Under the pieces are notes generated by a model. That model saw nothing but the letters and a program-made list of their open reading frames with translations, made no database searches and had not been told where the DNA came from. From positions 1-55,173 of the IMG/VR virus record IMGVR_UViG_3300006165_000006: DNA of 55,173 bases, one strand, 5' to 3'. The translations under genes and the position numbers were made by a program. The DNA comes from a virus (taxonomy: Duplodnaviria > Caudoviricetes). Of this stretch, positions 10,759-20,499 are shown piece by piece. Positions within the stretch are counted from its first letter, which is position 1. Each line of letters starts with the position of its first letter.

Positions 10759-10962
10759 TTATCCCATTTGAGAATCGGATACTGCGAATAAAAATTCACC
10801 TAACTTTTTAACTTGGTCAATAGTTTGCCTATCAACTTTACGTTGTTCCATTTGAGTTACTAAGTCTTTTATTGATTTAACGGCAATCTTTAAGCCATCA
10901 TCTTTTGCATTTAAATTGTTTGGATTAATTCCAAATCGTCTTGCTACTTGTTCTAAATTCAT
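10759..10962 (-). CDS. Hypothetical protein (probable start MNLEQVAR)
   Basis: ORF track 10759..10998; the upstream promoter overlaps the longer start, favouring the ATG at 10962. Confidence 0.65.
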   Translation of the reverse strand: MNLEQVARRFGINPNNLNAKDDGLKIAVKSIKDLVTQMEQRKVDRQTIDQVKKLGEFLFAVSDSQMG

Positions 10963-10995
10963 AATATTATTTTTAGTGTATATACATTTAATAAA

Positions 10996-11027
10996 CAAAT
11001 ATACGAATAATATTTTACTTATCCAAG
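10996..11027 (-). promoter_or_regulatory. Bacteroidota sigma70-type promoter
   Basis: CTTG-N20-TATATTTG. Confidence 0.7.
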
Positions 11028-11479
11028 TCTTTTCTATAAAACTTTCCTAGTATATTACCATTTAGTGAGTTATCATCTGATAATACATTGTATTTGAACT
11101 GATGATGTACCTCATAATAGGATAATGATTTTTTTGAATAGCAGAATTGTAGAACACTTCGTTTAAACTCATCACTCTTACCTTCGGTGATTTGTTCTTT
11201 AATCCAATCATTAGATGAGAAGTATTTCTGCCAGTCAGAAGATTTTCTAACTTTTTTCTTTTTAGGTAGTGAACCTCTAATACCAGCTAACTTTCGTTCT
11301 TCTCTGATACGTTGTAGTTCTCTTACTCCGATTTTTACATTTCGGACACTTTCTAAGGATTTCTTACCAATGTAATATTTGCCAGTAGGGATATGTTCTA
11401 TCATATAGATAAATCCTACGGCATCCTCAGGTATAACATCTTCGGTAACATCGTTACCATTCCATAACCAATTTGACAT
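11015..11479 (-). CDS. GIY-YIG family nuclease-like protein
   Basis: GFIYMIEHIPTGKYYIGKK, downstream Y-x-SS, conserved E and terminal N (LNGNI). Confidence 0.7.
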   Translation of the reverse strand: MSNWLWNGNDVTEDVIPEDAVGFIYMIEHIPTGKYYIGKKSLESVRNVKIGVRELQRIREERKLAGIRGSLPKKKKVRKSSDWQKYFSSNDWIKEQITEGKSDEFKRSVLQFCYSKKSLSYYEVHHQFKYNVLSDDNSLNGNILGKFYRKDLDK

Positions 11480-11485
11480 TAAGTC

Positions 11486-11692
11486 TTATTTAAATTTGTC
11501 TGAATAAGGTTTTGAGGGGCTGTGTCCTGCTCCACCTTGTCCAATATCACCACCATTAGCTTTTTTGATTGCCTTTTCATCTTTTGATAAATCCAATCCA
11601 CCATCAGCTTCTAATAAAGTTTTATCTCCACCTTTAATGTTTGCCTTTGATGTATCAGGTGCTGCTTTTTTTAATCTTTCTTCTAAATTCAT
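11486..11692 (-). CDS. Hypothetical protein
   Basis: 68 aa ORF with upstream ATATTTAT motif. Confidence 0.65.
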   Translation of the reverse strand: MNLEERLKKAAPDTSKANIKGGDKTLLEADGGLDLSKDEKAIKKANGGDIGQGGAGHSPSKPYSDKFK

Positions 11693-11723
11693 AATAATCT
11701 TTCTTTATGTGTATAAATATCAA

Positions 11724-12563
11724 TTAAGTATCAAAACGAACAATAAAGTTCAATGGATAATCAGGTAATGATTTAATCGGCTTCGGTAATTTACATACGG
11801 CAACCATATTCAATTCGTTATCATATAAACCTATCGTTGTAATAAATGGTGCTAAATAAGAACCAGTCGTATCAACTGAGGATGAATAATCATATTCCCC
11901 AAATCCACCAAATTTAGTTGGTTCGATTGTAGATTGAATTGTTTTTAATTTTATTCTATTAATTCCATCATATGCTGATGGGTTTTGTGAAACGTTGAAT
12001 TCGTTTTCATTTACAGATAAGAATACCTCATTTTCATAAATTGTCATTGTAGACCGATATGATAAATCAAATGATTCAATAGTAACATTATCAGTAATAC
12101 CATCCGTAAGAACTATTAAGCCCCTATCGTAAAATACGTTACCTTTATGATTACTAGCTGAATCAATTAGATTTGAATTACCATCATCAGTTACAGTTAT
12201 AGAACCATATTCTAATTTAACAGAACCTATCTTTAAACCTTCACCATAATTTTGTTGTGGTATTGCTAACACACCAATCGTTTCACCAATTACTCTCTCA
12301 TCCGTAGATGCGTAAGATTTTCTCTTACCAACTTCAGTTAAGATTGATGAGGTGGATGGGTTTAGATAGAATTGTGCTTTTAATGAATCGTATAAAGTTC
12401 TTTTAGATGTACCATCTGAATTTATATCATCAGTATCATCATCATATAAATCAGTTTGTAGTGTTCCATATAGTGGCGTGATATTATCACCATCCAAAGC
12501 CCACTCTTTGTAAACTTTAAAAGGTCTAACTACTACATCCGATTTTGGTATTTCTTTAATCAT
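11724..12563 (-). CDS. Virion structural protein (tail-collar/baseplate-like C-terminus)
   Basis: C-terminal ITTIGLYDNELNMVAVCKLPKPIK, paralogous to the next ORF. Confidence 0.6.
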   Translation of the reverse strand: MIKEIPKSDVVVRPFKVYKEWALDGDNITPLYGTLQTDLYDDDTDDINSDGTSKRTLYDSLKAQFYLNPSTSSILTEVGKRKSYASTDERVIGETIGVLAIPQQNYGEGLKIGSVKLEYGSITVTDDGNSNLIDSASNHKGNVFYDRGLIVLTDGITDNVTIESFDLSYRSTMTIYENEVFLSVNENEFNVSQNPSAYDGINRIKLKTIQSTIEPTKFGGFGEYDYSSSVDTTGSYLAPFITTIGLYDNELNMVAVCKLPKPIKSLPDYPLNFIVRFDT

Positions 12564-12599
12564 CTAAATAATATACTTTCATATAAATATCTATGAAAC

Positions 12600-12625
12600 A
12601 AAAAACCCTCCACAAAGGAGGGTTT
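12600..12625 (-). terminator. Rho-independent terminator
   Basis: AAACCCTCC/GGAGGGTTT stem with U-tract on the minus strand. Confidence 0.8.
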
Positions 12626-12645
12626 CTATAATATTCTAAACTTTA

Positions 12646-13854
12646 TTAGAATGAAAGTTTTACTTTTATAAGTACTTCCTTATCAAACGATTTGTTTATC
12701 GGTTGTGAGGTTTTAGCTACTGCTATTAATTCGTTTGAAGTATTTAATAAACCAACAGTTGTAACATACGTTTGTGGGTCAGTATTAAATGTTGTTTCTA
12801 CGAACGTTCCATCGGTTTTTGTGTACGTTGGATTGTTTGAGTAGTTAAATTCTCTATTCGTTGCTCTTACGAAGAAATGTTGTGTTGATACATTTTCAGT
12901 TCTTCTCGCTTGGAAATCAGAACCATTATCAATTGCTTGTACTAATGTTTTATGATTTTGTGTATCACCTACAACAGTCTCAACACCTAACAAAGATTCA
13001 GGTGCTCCACTAAATGGTTTTACAGTTCCAACAGTTTCTGCTAATGCAGTTGGGTTGAAAATTACAATACCTCTATCTGGGTAGAATAATCCGTATCCCT
13101 TTCCGTTTGCATCAGTAGTAGTGTTAACAGTTGCTTCGTTTTCAGTACCTAAGTTAAGTGAACCACTTACTACTTTGAATACTCTACCAGCTTTTCCTAA
13201 CGTATCTCCGAATTTCTTACCACTATCATCAATGAAAGTAAATAATCCATTAGAACCACTTAATTGTAATGACCAATTTCCAGCATCCATCTTTTCTCTA
13301 TATCTAGCTCTATTTACATTGATAGCGTAAATTGAGTTTGAATCTTCAAATACGTTAGCCGTAGAAGTTTCAAATGAGAATTTAGGGTCTGTTGGTTCTA
13401 ACAATACTGATTTGTATTGTGCGTAAGTTGCTTTTGTTGAAAGTAATGCATCATCATCATTTTGTAATGAAACTGAACCACTTCCGTTTACGTGTCCATA
13501 TGCTACTGCAAATTGAGCTTCAGCCGTTGCATCAGTTCGTGGGTCGGTACTATACACATCATAATAGTAATTTCCACTTTGAGCAACTTGCGTTGATGAA
13601 GTATAAGCGTTAGTTAAAGAACCAACATCACCAGTCCAAAGACCCGTTGTCACTACTTCTACCTTAGCGTTTACTTTATCAAATTCACCGAATTGTTTGT
13701 ACACACCAGTGGTTGCACCAGCTCCAGATTGTAATTGTTGACCAGCGGGTAATGCGGAGTTTATGAGTGAAACGATATCGTTCGTATCGAAAGTTCCACT
13801 TGCTGCTAAATCAGCAATTCTTGCTGCTATGTTTGGGTCGTTTATTAATGCCAT
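12646..13854 (-). CDS. Virion structural protein (tail-collar/baseplate-like C-terminus)
   Basis: C-terminal VTTVGLLNTSNELIAVAKTSQPINK; shares the FY-x-DRG and EFN-x-S-x-NP motifs with 11724..12563. Confidence 0.6.
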   Translation of the reverse strand: MALINDPNIAARIADLAASGTFDTNDIVSLINSALPAGQQLQSGAGATTGVYKQFGEFDKVNAKVEVVTTGLWTGDVGSLTNAYTSSTQVAQSGNYYYDVYSTDPRTDATAEAQFAVAYGHVNGSGSVSLQNDDDALLSTKATYAQYKSVLLEPTDPKFSFETSTANVFEDSNSIYAINVNRARYREKMDAGNWSLQLSGSNGLFTFIDDSGKKFGDTLGKAGRVFKVVSGSLNLGTENEATVNTTTDANGKGYGLFYPDRGIVIFNPTALAETVGTVKPFSGAPESLLGVETVVGDTQNHKTLVQAIDNGSDFQARRTENVSTQHFFVRATNREFNYSNNPTYTKTDGTFVETTFNTDPQTYVTTVGLLNTSNELIAVAKTSQPINKSFDKEVLIKVKLSF

Positions 13855-13867
13855 ATCTTATTTTCCT

Positions 13868-14491
13868 TTATGCTCTATATGTTATAGTTACCGGAATGCT
13901 TTGTGCACCACCCGTTTCGTTACCATAGACCGTAATAGTTGTTGATACATTTGAAGTTAACGCTGGATTTGGAGTGAAGTTAAATCCTAAACCACTTACC
14001 ACTTGTGCGGTAGTTGTGATTTCTTCTCCTAAGAAAACAGGAACCGAACCGGCTGCTGTTGCTCCTTGCGTTACTGATAATGTACCAGCTCTCTGGTCTG
14101 CCAATACAACAGTGTATCCAGCTGATGAGTTACCAGCAGGTGAAGTAGTTGGAGTCATTGCAACTCCCCCTTCATCTTGATAAGCTCCGATAGATGGAAT
14201 TCCCAATGCTACGATTGGAATTTGTGTTGTACCTTTCGGTAGTGTAACTAATTTGTATCTTAATACTTGTGTTTCATCAGGACTTGCTTCCATTATAGGA
14301 ATTGCCTTAATTGCCGAATCATAATATGCACTTCCCTTCGGATGTGCTGGTTCGTATAATGTATAATCAATCTCATCATCACCCAATGCGAACTTGGAAA
14401 TGTTCAAAGACTGACCCGATGCCAACTTCTGTCTACCTTTTTTGGTCAGAATGGCATCTACTGTAATCGATGTGTTGTTTAAATATCCCAT
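13868..14491 (-). CDS. Virion structural protein (tail-collar-like N-terminus)
   Basis: ILTKKGRQKLASGQSLNISKFALGD resembles the N-terminus of tail-collar fibre domains; beta-rich C-half. Confidence 0.55.
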   Translation of the reverse strand: MGYLNNTSITVDAILTKKGRQKLASGQSLNISKFALGDDEIDYTLYEPAHPKGSAYYDSAIKAIPIMEASPDETQVLRYKLVTLPKGTTQIPIVALGIPSIGAYQDEGGVAMTPTTSPAGNSSAGYTVVLADQRAGTLSVTQGATAAGSVPVFLGEEITTTAQVVSGLGFNFTPNPALTSNVSTTITVYGNETGGAQSIPVTITYRA

Positions 14492-14545
14492 AATTTTTTA
14501 TTACCCTTTTGATATACTAATAAATATAACATTTTAAAAAATAAA

Positions 14546-17500
14546 TTAATCTACCTGTAAGATTGGTTCTCCACTACCTCTACCAGTATCAGCAACTCTA
14601 AGAATGTTAGGATTTGTGGTAAATACTTCTACCGGTGATAATCCATCTGGAGTTGTTAATATAGTTTGTTTTGAACCTTCAAAAAATGAATTCTGCATAC
14701 CTTGCGATAAATTGTTTTTGTAACGATAGTGTGTAGGGAAGTATCCAGACAAAGGAGTTACTTCTACTACATCATTACCAACCGATGGTACCGAACTACC
14801 ATATGGTAGTTTAGATACTTTGTATTTGTATTTAGTCACATCTACATTCTCATACTTAACAGCTTCGTTATTTGAAGTTGCAGGGTATCCTTCGGTTTGT
14901 GTTAATATTGTTTCTACGTAAGATTGTTTAATTAAATAAATATCTTCTCTTGATGCGGTTAGGTTACCAAATATATCTAATTTAGTAACAATACCAGTTG
15001 TTATTGGTGCGAATAATCCAAATCCTGCATTAGCAAGTGAATCTCTCTCCATTCCGATTTGTTGGAATGTACTTTCATCAACCATTGCACTTAACTTAGC
15101 ACCAGATGGTACATCTATATATGAAACGTATGATGGATACTCACCATTTAGTACAATTGTATCTTCAATAGTTATATCAGCATTATAGAATGGAGTTGTT
15201 GATGTAATACTAATAGTATCATCACCATCAATGTTTGCATCATAATTATCATATTGATGAGTTATCACTACGTTTGAATCAGTATCTATTTCAGCTGAGA
15301 ATTGGTTGTTATCACCTTCTGCTGAAACATTATCATCTACATTAATTGATGTTTCATAATCACTCCTTTCCGAACTAGCCGGCTTCCATTGCGTTTTACT
15401 TCGTTCTAAATAGTGTGGTTCAATTAGTAAACCTTTAGATACTTTTGCTCTAGCTGGTACCAAATCTTCCAATACATCGAATAAAGATTTATCAATAGAA
15501 CGAACTAATCGTATGTATTCATAGATATCTCTATTTACTCGTTTGAAGTAGTAATCCCTAAGAACACCCAATTCAGAGTAGTTATCTTTATATTCATCGG
15601 ATGGGTTACCAATATAGTTATCTATATTAAAGTTTCCAAATGATTTAATAATATCCATATTCAACTCTTTTATTGGTGAGAAGAATAATCCTAAACGGGA
15701 TGAATCAATCGGTGCTCTATCAAATGCCTTTTTTGTTGCTCTAACTCTATGTGATAAATCACCAACTAAAGTTTGAGTTTCAAATCTAATTTTATCTGAA
15801 GAGTTAAATCCTAATGATGGTACTCTTGCAGTTACAGTTCTATCGTATGGAGTATATTGATATGGGTATTCGGTTATTGATGGGAATCCATCTGCCGAAC
15901 CATTCACTACACTATACTCAGTACTAATTGCAACATTCTTAACATCTACATCAACTGCTCTATTTTTTGGATATTCAAAATCAAATCTTACTAATAAATC
16001 TTCAGTAGATGATGTGTATGAATTACCAACAGTAGAATCTGGCATAAGAGTATGTGTTTCAATAACACTATCCTCTAAAGGTTTTTTCCATAATCGGAAT
16101 TCATCAACCTTACCATCCATTTCGTAACCCAATGTTACTATGGCTGCTGAACCTGAATCCCATCCGTTATCACCAGTTATAGTCATAACATTAGTAGATA
16201 TGTTAGTTCTAATTCTATCACCAACCGCCTCTTTAGCTATTATTTGGAATTGTGAATCCGAACCTACTTCCGTTCTATTAATTACAATCTGGGTATATTC
16301 TTCATTAAATATGTTAAATGGTTCAGTAGATGATGATTGTACATTACCAGTTAAACTTTCAGAAACATATAAATCAATTGTACCAAATGTACCAGTTGTA
16401 TTTGTAATACCAACTCTCCACAATGGTGTTGAGAATGAACTATTAGCTCCTTTTAATATATTATAATTTGATGGGGTTTGTAGATTCACAGTCATTTCTA
16501 CTGCGTTTGGATACGAACCATCTACCGCTTTCCATTGTGAACTTACAAACTCATTATTATTAGTAAAGTTTATAGCAGCGGTTCTATCATCAAATGTGAA
16601 ATCTTGCGTACCACCATCAGTTGGGTCAGTTGGTCCACCGAACTCCATTATAGTAAGTAATGAATTTGGAATACCATAACAAGCCATTACAGCTTTTAAA
16701 GAACGAGATGTTCCTTTGTGTTTAAGTATGTAAGGTAAGTTATTTAATATCCTTCTCCAAACTTCTTCGTTAGCTGATTTTAATGATTGTGTATATTTTT
16801 GAGTGCCATCTTTATATTGACCGAATGCATATTCCCAAAGGTATTGTGAATCGTAAGCTTTCTTACCATCCCAACCTAATGATTCTAACATAGAATACAT
16901 TAAATCATTTGAAAATCCTAAGTTAGCTTTATGTTGAGGTGATTTAAGTTTAGTTAAACCATTTACATATGCCCATATAATATCGTAGTGTTGACCTACC
17001 ATATCCATAAACAACATAAAATCTTCATTCTGATAATCCTCTACAATAAATTCAGGTAGATTATTATTTAAATAGTTTACATTATTTTTATCATACTTAG
17101 CTGCATTTGTAGTTGATGAATTGTACCAAGCTATTGATTCGGAATCCGAACTAGCTTTAATTACATTACCACTTTTTGGATATGATAACGAATCACTATA
17201 TTGTGTATCGGTATATAACCACTTTTCAAAACCATCAAAGGTTCCGATTAAATCGTTTATTTTTGTTAACTGAGCGGTTGCTTGTAGTTTAGATGTTGCC
17301 GTTAATGATAACGCATCAATTTGTAAATTATCAGAAGCTTCAGTTATTATAGTATATCCATCATACCCCCCACCTTCGGCAAGTATAAATCCAAGTTCAA
17401 CTGTATTAGTTGTTAACTCATTATATTTAGTTTGATATGATTCTAATAATTGAATCTTATACCAAAAGTTTTTAATTCGCTCTTCAGATGAACCAAAGTG

Positions 17501-19012
17501 TACAAAGTTCTCAAACATATGTACCGAACCACTAGCGTATTGAATGTTTAACTTCTCAGTATCAATCCCAGTCTGAGTAACATATTTTTGTATTAATGAA
17601 GTTGATGTAGTTGAACCATTTGCAACTAAATCATCATACATCTGATATCCTATACTATTATCAACTTCTAATTTGAAATTAGGTCCTTGTAGTGGTGGGC
17701 AATAATCAGAATCACTACCTACTAGAGTAATGATATCGATAATTGGTTCAGCTTGCAATTTACTAATCCAAACTTTTTGATTAGTTAATATAGATGTTGG
17801 TAATGGCTCGTATAATTTAAGAATTAATGAACTATTACCATTTTTAGCTTCTGGGTTTTCAACCAATCCAGTCCACGTAGTAATAACCTTGTTATCACCA
17901 TCACCTAAGTGTAATAAGTGAGTTAGTAATTTAGAATCATCAAATTCACATTTATCGAACTGAGATATAAATCCTTCTGCAATTCGATTGATAACAACTG
18001 AACGAGGTATTTCCAAATCACCTTTATCAAATAGAATATCGATTTCCTCTACCGGCCCTTTAACGGGCTTTTTGGTTGCTAAATTTATAGGAACTAATCT
18101 TAGTGGAATTTTTACCTTATCACCATTATTATTACCATAAAATATTGGAGCCATTTTCGAAAACCTATCTGTGGAATCTCCTCCCCCACTGTAAACGGGA
18201 CTACCAATACCACCACTAAGCGTGTCTTTAAATGTGTCTGGGGCTTTACCCATAGATACGGGTGGTAACCCACCGCTTCTTTGAAATGACTTGGATGCTG
18301 GTTTGGTCTGTGATTGTAATGGGTATTTATCTAATAGTTCTTTTACATTTAAAGTAAGATTACCCTTTGGTCCTAATTCTACATAATCAGTAGAGTTACC
18401 AACATACATTCTAATAATAGTAGCATGTACTGAGTTCCAGCTTATATCGAAATCTACATCGTATCCTACAAAATCAGCACCTCTTACTTCTTTTGGGTAT
18501 GTTATCTCTCTAATATCAGGAGTATTAACATATACATCAGAAACTACATTAATTACTAAATCAATAGCTTGTGAAGCAACATCGATTAAACCATCATCAC
18601 CAGAAGATAAACCACCACCTCCAGAAGATAAACCACCACCTCCAGAAGATAAACCACCACCTCCAGAAGATAAACCACCACCACCAGAAGATAAACCACC
18701 ACCTCCAGAAGATAAACCACCACCACCAGAAGATACACCACCTCCACCATTATCATCATTTCCACCAAACAGTTTATCTATGATTGATTTTTTTATAGGC
18801 GATTTTGTTGGTTTTTTTCCATTAGTTAGAAGGCCTAATTGGTTTCTTACTTTTGTTGAGTTGTTATTTTTAGTAACAGGTTTAGTTATAGTTACAGATG
18901 ATTTTCGCTTTCCGGTACCACCAGCTGAAGAGGATAATCCTCCACCACCTCTGCCATCAGAATTCGTATCATTGTATCCAAGCATTGTTCTATTTATTTC
19001 CCGCATTGCCAT
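14546..19012 (-). CDS. Large baseplate wedge-like protein with LamG/concanavalin-like segment
   Basis: 1488 aa; LPYILKHKGTSRSLKAVMACYG (tail/baseplate KGT motif), GKVDEFRLWKKPL (LamG-like); baseplate context. Confidence 0.6.
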   Translation of the reverse strand: MAMREINRTMLGYNDTNSDGRGGGGLSSSAGGTGKRKSSVTITKPVTKNNNSTKVRNQLGLLTNGKKPTKSPIKKSIIDKLFGGNDDNGGGGVSSGGGGLSSGGGGLSSGGGGLSSGGGGLSSGGGGLSSGGGGLSSGDDGLIDVASQAIDLVINVVSDVYVNTPDIREITYPKEVRGADFVGYDVDFDISWNSVHATIIRMYVGNSTDYVELGPKGNLTLNVKELLDKYPLQSQTKPASKSFQRSGGLPPVSMGKAPDTFKDTLSGGIGSPVYSGGGDSTDRFSKMAPIFYGNNNGDKVKIPLRLVPINLATKKPVKGPVEEIDILFDKGDLEIPRSVVINRIAEGFISQFDKCEFDDSKLLTHLLHLGDGDNKVITTWTGLVENPEAKNGNSSLILKLYEPLPTSILTNQKVWISKLQAEPIIDIITLVGSDSDYCPPLQGPNFKLEVDNSIGYQMYDDLVANGSTTSTSLIQKYVTQTGIDTEKLNIQYASGSVHMFENFVHFGSSEERIKNFWYKIQLLESYQTKYNELTTNTVELGFILAEGGGYDGYTIITEASDNLQIDALSLTATSKLQATAQLTKINDLIGTFDGFEKWLYTDTQYSDSLSYPKSGNVIKASSDSESIAWYNSSTTNAAKYDKNNVNYLNNNLPEFIVEDYQNEDFMLFMDMVGQHYDIIWAYVNGLTKLKSPQHKANLGFSNDLMYSMLESLGWDGKKAYDSQYLWEYAFGQYKDGTQKYTQSLKSANEEVWRRILNNLPYILKHKGTSRSLKAVMACYGIPNSLLTIMEFGGPTDPTDGGTQDFTFDDRTAAINFTNNNEFVSSQWKAVDGSYPNAVEMTVNLQTPSNYNILKGANSSFSTPLWRVGITNTTGTFGTIDLYVSESLTGNVQSSSTEPFNIFNEEYTQIVINRTEVGSDSQFQIIAKEAVGDRIRTNISTNVMTITGDNGWDSGSAAIVTLGYEMDGKVDEFRLWKKPLEDSVIETHTLMPDSTVGNSYTSSTEDLLVRFDFEYPKNRAVDVDVKNVAISTEYSVVNGSADGFPSITEYPYQYTPYDRTVTARVPSLGFNSSDKIRFETQTLVGDLSHRVRATKKAFDRAPIDSSRLGLFFSPIKELNMDIIKSFGNFNIDNYIGNPSDEYKDNYSELGVLRDYYFKRVNRDIYEYIRLVRSIDKSLFDVLEDLVPARAKVSKGLLIEPHYLERSKTQWKPASSERSDYETSINVDDNVSAEGDNNQFSAEIDTDSNVVITHQYDNYDANIDGDDTISITSTTPFYNADITIEDTIVLNGEYPSYVSYIDVPSGAKLSAMVDESTFQQIGMERDSLANAGFGLFAPITTGIVTKLDIFGNLTASREDIYLIKQSYVETILTQTEGYPATSNNEAVKYENVDVTKYKYKVSKLPYGSSVPSVGNDVVEVTPLSGYFPTHYRYKNNLSQGMQNSFFEGSKQTILTTPDGLSPVEVFTTNPNILRVADTGRGSGEPILQVD
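18600..18747 (-). repeat. 21-bp tandem repeat encoding (GGGGLSS) x7
   Basis: ccagaagataaaccaccacct units. Confidence 0.9.
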
Positions 19013-20475
19013 TATCTATAATTGTTTAAGATACTGCTATTAAAATCTATATTAAGAAAATTGCTTAAACCCGTAAATTGAAAGTTATACCCATTTGACC
19101 CAATGTTATTTGATAAATAATTAGTATTTGTATTAGTTTTTATATATTGGTTAAGTGATTCCTTAATTATGATTTCTTTTGTGGGTTGGATTATTTCCTC
19201 TTTGATATCCTTAAATATTGGTTTTATTGGTATTTCTCTAATTGGCTTTATTGGTTCTGGCTCTGTATCATAATCATTTAGTGAAAATGGGAATATTTTA
19301 ATATTATATTTACCTATTTTTTCAAAAGTAGAATGGGGAATAGTAACTCCAGCCACATCACCCGCTTCTAAATCATCATATTCTAAAATATCATCACCAA
19401 CGATAATTGTAATTGCCTTAACTGATGAATTCTTTTTGAATGCCAATGGTACCCCTATTTCAGTATTGATGTTATATAATCTACTAGCATTATTTAATAA
19501 TTCAATTACTGGTTTAATTAGTGGCTCTACCGTTGGTATGGCCTCCACTAATATACTAATTTTATAATTAGTTTTTAGCTTAAACGTCATTGTTAAAGAT
19601 TCATTATCTTTAGCATCTAATGGAAACATCTGATATCCATCATCATAAGTGATATTAGTTATTCTATATAACGTTAAATCAGCTGAAGAAATTGTAAATT
19701 TAACATTTGCTTTATCCTCATACGTAGTTTGCCCAAGTTGAGGAAATACATCAGTTTGCTGTATATTAGTCCCAGCAATCTTTCTTAATACAATCGGATT
19801 TCCACCTCTAACACCAGACAAATTAATAGTTAATTTCTTTTTAGTAAAAGTATTACCATCACCATTACCATTACTTTTTAAAGTAAACGTAAGTTCTTGA
19901 GCTTTACCTGTTAAACGTTTTGGGAATTGGTATTCACGATCATTAACATAGTACTTAACTACAATTTCAGTTTGTGATATACCACCATAACCACCATTAA
20001 ATATAGAGCTCTTTTGTATATTTGAATCATTAGTATTTAAACTTACAACATACTTTTCTTTAGAGTTATATCCATCTTTACCTATTTCTATAATTCTGTC
20101 ACCCTTTTCTAATAAATCAACTTTAGATATTCTTAGTTGTTTTGGTACAGAACCAATGAAGCTACCATTAAACTTAACACCAGCACCATTAATGTTACAT
20201 GTAATATTAAGTAGTATATCGTTTTCAGTAATAGTTGTCTTAGTTCCACCATCACCAGTATTTCCACTACCAGTATTTCCACTACCAGTATTTCCACTAC
20301 CAGTATTTCCACTACCAGTATTTCCACTACCAGTATTTCCACCGCCACCATTATTCAATCTATCATCACCATCATTACGAAAATCATCCTGCTCATCTTG
20401 AAGGAAATCACGACGATTGCCATCTCCTTCTTGGGAGTTGGGTGTACCGAAAGTATAATCTGTGTATCTTCTCAT
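19012..20475 (-). CDS. Putative structural protein with PEGA-like segment
   Basis: LNITCNINGAGVKFNGSFIG...IGKDGY pattern; structural cluster. Confidence 0.5.
   Translation of the reverse strand: MRRYTDYTFGTPNSQEGDGNRRDFLQDEQDDFRNDGDDRLNNGGGGNTGSGNTGSGNTGSGNTGSGNTGSGNTGDGGTKTTITENDILLNITCNINGAGVKFNGSFIGSVPKQLRISKVDLLEKGDRIIEIGKDGYNSKEKYVVSLNTNDSNIQKSSIFNGGYGGISQTEIVVKYYVNDREYQFPKRLTGKAQELTFTLKSNGNGDGNTFTKKKLTINLSGVRGGNPIVLRKIAGTNIQQTDVFPQLGQTTYEDKANVKFTISSADLTLYRITNITYDDGYQMFPLDAKDNESLTMTFKLKTNYKISILVEAIPTVEPLIKPVIELLNNASRLYNINTEIGVPLAFKKNSSVKAITIIVGDDILEYDDLEAGDVAGVTIPHSTFEKIGKYNIKIFPFSLNDYDTEPEPIKPIREIPIKPIFKDIKEEIIQPTKEIIIKESLNQYIKTNTNTNYLSNNIGSNGYNFQFTGLSNFLNIDFNSSILNNYR
20255..20340 (-). 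repeat. 15-bp tandem repeat encoding (GSGNT) x5
   Basis: ccagtatttccacta units. Confidence 0.9.
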
Positions 20476-20499
20476 ATCTATAAATATTGTTAAATGATA

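Noticed and set aside
11015-11479. GIY-YIG ORF as a mobile homing endonuclease or intron
   Set aside because: No interrupted host gene, no intron-like structure and no separate C-terminal DNA-binding domain
18571-20401. Regular repeats as a CRISPR array, and their His-, Val- or Pro-rich alternate-frame ORFs
   Set aside because: No unique spacers; the repeats are in-frame Gly-rich coding units and no cas genes are present
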